Positions 59,000 through 64,000 of a stretch of 64,000 nucleotides of DNA are shown piece by piece; the first letter of the stretch is position 1; the number at the start of each line of letters is the position of its first letter. Below the pieces are notes generated by a model. That model was not told the origin of the DNA. It was given only the letters and a program-made list of their open reading frames with translations, and did no database searches. The stretch spans positions 4,352,001 to 4,416,000 of the forward strand of contig OZ254086.1 of assembly GCA_965267575.1 (NCBI GenBank). The letters run 5' to 3'. Source of the DNA: Calditrichales bacterium. GTDB lineage: Bacteria; Calditrichota; Calditrichia; Calditrichales; J004. Both the position numbers and the translations under genes were made by a program.

Positions 59000-59509
59000 A
59001 TGATTAACCCTACAAGAAAAAATTCGCAGCTTTTAGATAAAACATCTGCTCTCCTAATTCTTTCTGCATTAAAATCAAAAACGCTAAAGCTATCCTGGCA
59101 AGATAATGGGACAGTGTTTTTCGAAATTGGAGACTTAGTTCAGGAACAAAATCGAAATAGACCGCAGGGCGAGTTTTCGTTGATGATTGACTCTCCCTGG
59201 AGGTTTGAAAAGTATGATCAAATTGTATGTTCTTCAGCCTTTGATGAATGGCAACGAGATAAGTTTTTAGAAAGGTTCAGTGAGCAAAATATATTAAAAA
59301 CAAATCTATTCACTTTTTGTAATGATTTAGAAATCCAATTTGATAAAATTAAATTTAGGCAATTTTGTGTGGACTCAAATTTGAATTCATGGTCTCTTTA
59401 TGTTAGAAACGAGAATAAAAAGTATTTAAAAACAGGTCCCCATTCATTTTGGCTATATTTTGAAAATAATCAGTTTCTAATTGAATTTAAAACCAACGGC
59501 GAAAGGTAG
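59000..59509 (+). CDS. AT-rich hypothetical protein
   Basis: Intact ORF (ATG 59000, alternative TTG 58979) containing GEFSLMIDSPWR. Composition differs from the flanks. Confidence 0.55.
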   Translation: MINPTRKNSQLLDKTSALLILSALKSKTLKLSWQDNGTVFFEIGDLVQEQNRNRPQGEFSLMIDSPWRFEKYDQIVCSSAFDEWQRDKFLERFSEQNILKTNLFTFCNDLEIQFDKIKFRQFCVDSNLNSWSLYVRNENKKYLKTGPHSFWLYFENNQFLIEFKTNGER

Positions 59510-59657
59510 CAACGTCCTTATATAACACAATTGCACGTGTGACTGTAGGAAAATGTTCTTGCGAGTTTATTGATTCTTCGATTGTCACTAGTATTTTTAA
59601 AGAGGTAGCCTAATTTTGATACGACGATTCACTTTTCCAATAAATCCTTCACCCACT

Positions 59658-61331
59658 TCACACCTGTTTCTTCATGGCATCCGCCACTCGAAAGGCATTG
59701 GCATAAATTGTCCAGGTGTAAGGCACGCTGCCACCGGTGGGCATAAAGCTGCCGTCGGTTACAAACAGGTTATCGCAATCGTGTACGCGGCACTCTTTGT
59801 CCAGAACGGATGTTTTTGGATCATTGCCAAAGCGCGCGCCGCCGGCCTGCAGGTTGGGTGGCGGAGCGCCACTTACGCTCCAGCGGATATTTTTGGCGCC
59901 CATTTCCTGCAGCACATTTTCAGCCTTTGCCGCCAGAAAGCGCCCTACTTTCAGGTCATGCGGATGATAGCCCGTGCGGAAACGCGCCACCGGCGATCCC
60001 CATTTATCTTTCACATTGGAATCCAGGGATACAAAGCAATCGTCCGTGGGCAGCCAGTCGTTGAACACTTCAAAGCGCAGATAGCGGCCTTCGGTAAAAT
60101 AGCTCTTCATCTTGTTTTTGAGGGCGCTGCCCCACACCAGGCCGTCGGGTCCCCATTTCTGGCTGTTGGCGCGGCTGATACCGTTGGCGTGACGGAACAG
60201 AAAATCAATCGTGCCGCCTTTTATCGCCTTACCGCTATCGGGATCATCGTAATAATACCAGTCCTGCAAGGCGCGGTTTACGAAAAGTCCCTTCACTTTA
60301 AGACCGGCTACTGCTTCCGGGTCCAGCCCGTCAAACGGAAAATCGCCCGTGCCGGAACCGCCGGCTGAAAACAGCAGGTTTTTACCCACCTGCCCGTTAT
60401 TATTTCCAAGTCCGTTCAAATGCTTTGGCCCGCTTGAGGCCAGCAACAAGCGCGCGGTTTCGATTGCCTGGCAGGCCACCACATACATCTTTGCCGTCAC
60501 CGTCTTTTTATTGCCGTCCTTGTCAAAATAGCCCACCGCATTGACACGGCCTTCGGTATCGCTGAACAGCTTATACACTTTGCTGTGCGGCCACACCTGG
60601 CAATTGCCCGTTCTCACCGCGGGATCGATCAATGCCGCCCGTGCGCTGCCTTTGGCTTTTGTGCTGCAACCATAACTACCGCAGAAATTGGAATAGGAGC
60701 ATCCGCCGCGCTGTAATGCGGGATACGGCAAAATCGCACGCGGTACGGGAATGGGATGATAGCCCAGTTTTTTGGCGCTGTTGTCAATCCATTGCGAGAT
60801 AGGATGCTCCAGCGTGGCTGCAAATGGAAAATCCTTGCTTGAGCGCGGTTCCAGGTGCGGATGCGGCACGACCTTTCCGGAGACACCCACTACTTCTTCC
60901 ACTTTTCGGTAATACGGCTCCAGATCATTATAGCTGATCGGCCAGTCGGCGACATTCGCCCCCTTAATGGGACCAAATTCAGAAAGAAGCCGGAAGTCCC
61001 GCGGCTTGAGCCGGTGGAAATATCCGCTCATCAGGTTACTGGAGCCGCCTACCATATTGCCGTTCCAAAAATCCACGCCGGAATCGTAGGTGGCTGTTGC
61101 TTCCCATTCACCGTCGCCGGCACTTCGTTCAAGCACATGCTGCTCATCCTGCAGCCGCGGTGTGTACACGCGCCGCCGGCAGCAGGTAATCTCATCTTTG
61201 GAAAAATCCTGCTCCGTGAACCATGGACCTTTTTCCAAAACCAGCACCGAATACCCGGCTTGAGCCATTTCATAGGCAACCGGTCCGCCGCCCGCGCCGC
61301 TGCCAATTACAATTACATCAAAGTCTTTCAT
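59658..61331 (-). CDS. GMC-family FAD oxidoreductase (sugar dehydrogenase flavoprotein subunit)
   Basis: IGSGAGG, VLEKG, VGGSS, WPISY, Cys cluster CSYSNFCGSYGC and NLFVTDGS. Confidence 0.92.
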   Translation of the reverse strand: MKDFDVIVIGSGAGGGPVAYEMAQAGYSVLVLEKGPWFTEQDFSKDEITCCRRRVYTPRLQDEQHVLERSAGDGEWEATATYDSGVDFWNGNMVGGSSNLMSGYFHRLKPRDFRLLSEFGPIKGANVADWPISYNDLEPYYRKVEEVVGVSGKVVPHPHLEPRSSKDFPFAATLEHPISQWIDNSAKKLGYHPIPVPRAILPYPALQRGGCSYSNFCGSYGCSTKAKGSARAALIDPAVRTGNCQVWPHSKVYKLFSDTEGRVNAVGYFDKDGNKKTVTAKMYVVACQAIETARLLLASSGPKHLNGLGNNNGQVGKNLLFSAGGSGTGDFPFDGLDPEAVAGLKVKGLFVNRALQDWYYYDDPDSGKAIKGGTIDFLFRHANGISRANSQKWGPDGLVWGSALKNKMKSYFTEGRYLRFEVFNDWLPTDDCFVSLDSNVKDKWGSPVARFRTGYHPHDLKVGRFLAAKAENVLQEMGAKNIRWSVSGAPPPNLQAGGARFGNDPKTSVLDKECRVHDCDNLFVTDGSFMPTGGSVPYTWTIYANAFRVADAMKKQV

Positions 61332-61339
61332 TTTTTACC

Positions 61340-61957
61340 TCATCCGATATCGGGCTTGTACATGGTCTCTTTGGTTGGCCTGGGGTAGCCGGGATAATGC
61401 TCCAGCCATTTCCAGCCTTTTTGGTCGGGATTGCCTCCGTACAGGGGGTCTGCCAGAAGGGCTTCAAAAATGTAAAGCAGAACCACGGCAAGCCAGGATT
61501 CACCCCAACCATAGGACTCCACATGGCGTAACAAACGCTCCAGTTCTTCACCCTCAAAATCCAGCGTTGAGCTTTTACCCAGTTCTATGGCCTCTTCCTC
61601 AACCCAGTCAATCCCACTGCGAATAAACTCGCGGTGTTCCGGATCGACCTTTTTGTCCAGCACAACCACCTGGATGTACTCTGCTGCTCTCAATTCCTCA
61701 ACGCCGGGTCCATCGCCGTCATCCGGCCACAAATGGCTCTGGATATGTTTTAAAACACGCCATTGTTTTTCACTGAAGGCCCTGGCGTCACGGCCTTCTG
61801 CCGGCGTCGGGCCGGACAAAATGCCGGCAGGCACGGAAAGGGCGAGAAAAGCGGCACCGCTGCTTTTTAAGAACGAACGTCTGTCCATTTGCAGCAACAG
61901 CCTCTTTGTTGCTTCCGGAACGGTGCGTTCCAGGGGCGTTTGTTCATTGCGTATCAT
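61340..61957 (-). CDS. Gluconate 2-dehydrogenase subunit 3 family protein (Tat)
   Basis: DRRSFLK Tat motif and ADPLYGGN...GWKWLxHxPG; adjacent to the GMC gene. Confidence 0.88.
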   Translation of the reverse strand: MIRNEQTPLERTVPEATKRLLLQMDRRSFLKSSGAAFLALSVPAGILSGPTPAEGRDARAFSEKQWRVLKHIQSHLWPDDGDGPGVEELRAAEYIQVVVLDKKVDPEHREFIRSGIDWVEEEAIELGKSSTLDFEGEELERLLRHVESYGWGESWLAVVLLYIFEALLADPLYGGNPDQKGWKWLEHYPGYPRPTKETMYKPDIG

Positions 61958-62159
61958 TATTTAATCTCCTTTTTCAGGCATCAAGTTAGGCCGCACAGAT
62001 TCACTAAAAAACAATATTTTCTAACAAAATGATAAAATAGTTTGGCATATTTCCGCCGCCATGTCTTTTTCTGGTCAATAAGCAGAAGATAATGCGCCGA
62101 TATTTAAAGAAAAGGTAAAAGAAATCGAATTTAATTGCGGGCGAAAGAAAAATACTTAC

Positions 62160-64000
62160 ATGAAAAAATTCTCCGTACTCTCAATACTTTTCCTTTGTTT
62201 TTTCGGACCGGAGCCTGTTCCCGGCTTTGAATCTTCGGGCTACCAGGCGGGTATTCCCTTTTACAGATCTTTCAGCGCGCGTGAGTATAATGCCGGCCCT
62301 CAAAACTGGTCGATCGTTCAGGATAAAGACGGGATCATATATGTGGCAAATTCCGAGGGTATCCTGGAATATGACGGCGAAAGATGGCGCCTGATCGAAA
62401 CGGAAGAACGATCGATCATCCTCGACCTGGCCATAGACGGCAATAACAACATTTTCGCTTCCTCAATCAGTGATTTCGGTATGCTGCATGCGGACAAAGA
62501 CGGACGCCTTAATTATGTTTCCCTGGCCGATACACTTTCCGAAATAGGCGCCGTCTGGAACGTTCACACAGCTAAAGATGCGGTCTATTTTATGGCCGAC
62601 TCGACGATCTTCCGCTATAAGGATTTTCGTCTTAAACGCTTTGAGATGAAAACCCCGCTGAGCACATCGGCTGTTATTGACGGTGAGCTCTGGGTCTACG
62701 CACACGAAAGCTTTTGCCGCTTTACCGGAGATACCTTACAGAGTGTGCTGAAAGTGGAGGCCTTCCGGGAAGAGGGTATCCGCTTTATGCTGCCCCTCGC
62801 AAACGGAACGCCCAAAACAGAAAGGCTTCTCGTTGCGAGCCGGGGCAAGGGTCTCTATTACGTCGACCTGAAAAGCGGCAAGGCCGAGCGCTTTCGTACG
62901 GTGGCTGATGATCTGTTGAAGAACAACTTTATCTACCAGCTTGTGGCCCTGCGCGGAGAGCGTGTTGCCGTTGTGCTGGACCCGATCGGCATGATAGTTT
63001 TCGATAAACATGGCGCCATCGATTACATCTTTGACCTGGAGTCGGACATCATCAGTCAGGCTGTATTAACGGCTTTTGTCGATCGTGACGACGGCCTGTG
63101 GATGGGACTTAACGACGGTATTGTGCGCTTTGAATACCCGTCGGACAGTTATATTATCGACCACCAGGCCGGGCTGCGCGGCGGTGTTTCCCGCGTGATC
63201 GAATTTAATGATAAAATCTACATTGGTACCTACAATAGGCTTTACTCGATCAATGGCGAAAACGATCCCGAAACGGCGCTGTCTGCCATTTCATCGGGCT
63301 CCCTTCAAAAACGCTTCGGCCTGCACCCTACAGATCTCCGGGCCTGGATATTCGATCTGCAAAGCAACGGCGAAGAGCTTTTTGTCGCGACCGATAAGGG
63401 GCTTTACCGCCTGTCAAAAAACGGAACGCAAAAAATTTTCCTTGAAGATGAGGTCATCTTTTCCGTGCGTATTTCGCAGTATCATAAAAGCCGCATTTAT
63501 GTCGCCACCGGAAGAGAGATTATTGTTATGAAAAAGGAAGGCAATGACTGGAAAAAGACGGCGTCGCTCGCCGCCGTGCCCGAGCAGGTAAACATGCTCG
63601 TTGAGTCCACGCCTCATGAATTGTGGGCAGACGTTTACGGTTTTGGCCTAATGCGCATAAGCTTTGACGAGTATGCGGATGCCCAAAAAGCGATCTACGA
63701 TACCAGCGCCGGACTACCGATGATGGTGGGTAATACGATTTCCAAAGACGGAGAATCTGTTTATTTCCCGACGCGCAACGGCCTTTACCGCTTTGACCGC
63801 CAGAGTGACCAGTTCTTCCCCGACACCATAAGCACTCCCGGCAGGTTATTGGGGCAAAGGGAGCTTTATGAAGTAAAAAAAGACCCCTTTGACAATTTCA
63901 TTGCCGTTGGAAATGATTCACTGTATTACCTGCGCCCGGACAGCAACGGCGCCATGATGCTGGACAGATCCTATTTTTCGAGACTGGCGGGCATACCCGT
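62160..64000 (+). CDS. Extracytoplasmic beta-propeller sensor domain of a hybrid signalling protein (3' truncated; absent from the ORF track)
   Basis: My translation from ATG 62160: MKKFSVLSILFLCFFG...GIPFYRSFSAREYNAGPQNWSIVQDKDGIIYVANSEGILEYDGERW. The frame appears open to the window end. Confidence 0.85.
   Translation, partial: MKKFSVLSILFLCFFGPEPVPGFESSGYQAGIPFYRSFSAREYNAGPQNWSIVQDKDGIIYVANSEGILEYDGERWRLIETEERSIILDLAIDGNNNIFASSISDFGMLHADKDGRLNYVSLADTLSEIGAVWNVHTAKDAVYFMADSTIFRYKDFRLKRFEMKTPLSTSAVIDGELWVYAHESFCRFTGDTLQSVLKVEAFREEGIRFMLPLANGTPKTERLLVASRGKGLYYVDLKSGKAERFRTVADDLLKNNFIYQLVALRGERVAVVLDPIGMIVFDKHGAIDYIFDLESDIISQAVLTAFVDRDDGLWMGLNDGIVRFEYPSDSYIIDHQAGLRGGVSRVIEFNDKIYIGTYNRLYSINGENDPETALSAISSGSLQKRFGLHPTDLRAWIFDLQSNGEELFVATDKGLYRLSKNGTQKIFLEDEVIFSVRISQYHKSRIYVATGREIIVMKKEGNDWKKTASLAAVPEQVNMLVESTPHELWADVYGFGLMRISFDEYADAQKAIYDTSAGLPMMVGNTISKDGESVYFPTRNGLYRFDRQSDQFFPDTISTPGRLLGQRELYEVKKDPFDNFIAVGNDSLYYLRPDSNGAMMLDRSYFSRLAGIP

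Noticed and set aside
59490..59657. Possible attC-like site or degenerate octamer arrays after the AT-rich ORF
   Set aside because: No clean RYYYAAC/GTTRRRY pair, and the periodicity is too degenerate to support.

Overview
Chromosomal window of a Gram-negative bacterium. Gene content (T9SS-type C-terminal sorting domains, a PorV/PorQ-family barrel, Na+-NQR, mevalonate pathway) points to the wider FCB group, most likely Calditrichota or a relative; this is inference. Housekeeping blocks: hup, dacB, nqrABCDEF, pgsA-pgpA-cinA-thpR-recA-recX, alaS. Other contents: a mevalonate operon with an HMG-CoA reductase/mevalonate kinase fusion and no HMG-CoA synthase, a single-chain fungal-type homoaconitase, an ECF sigma/Ser-Thr kinase pair, a two-permease RND pump, an orphan antitoxin with what looks like a decayed toxin start, two AT-rich orphan genes, and intergenic arrays of degenerate 6-8 bp tandem repeats. 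The best candidate for an undescribed system is the six-gene cluster at 33374-43933: two CTD-bearing secreted proteins (one built from nuclease-type OB folds with no catalytic domain), two lipoproteins, a TonB-dependent receptor and a PorV-like barrel, with no SusD. No rRNA, tRNA, CRISPR array or transposase was recognised. All functional calls come from reading motifs by eye; no searches were run.
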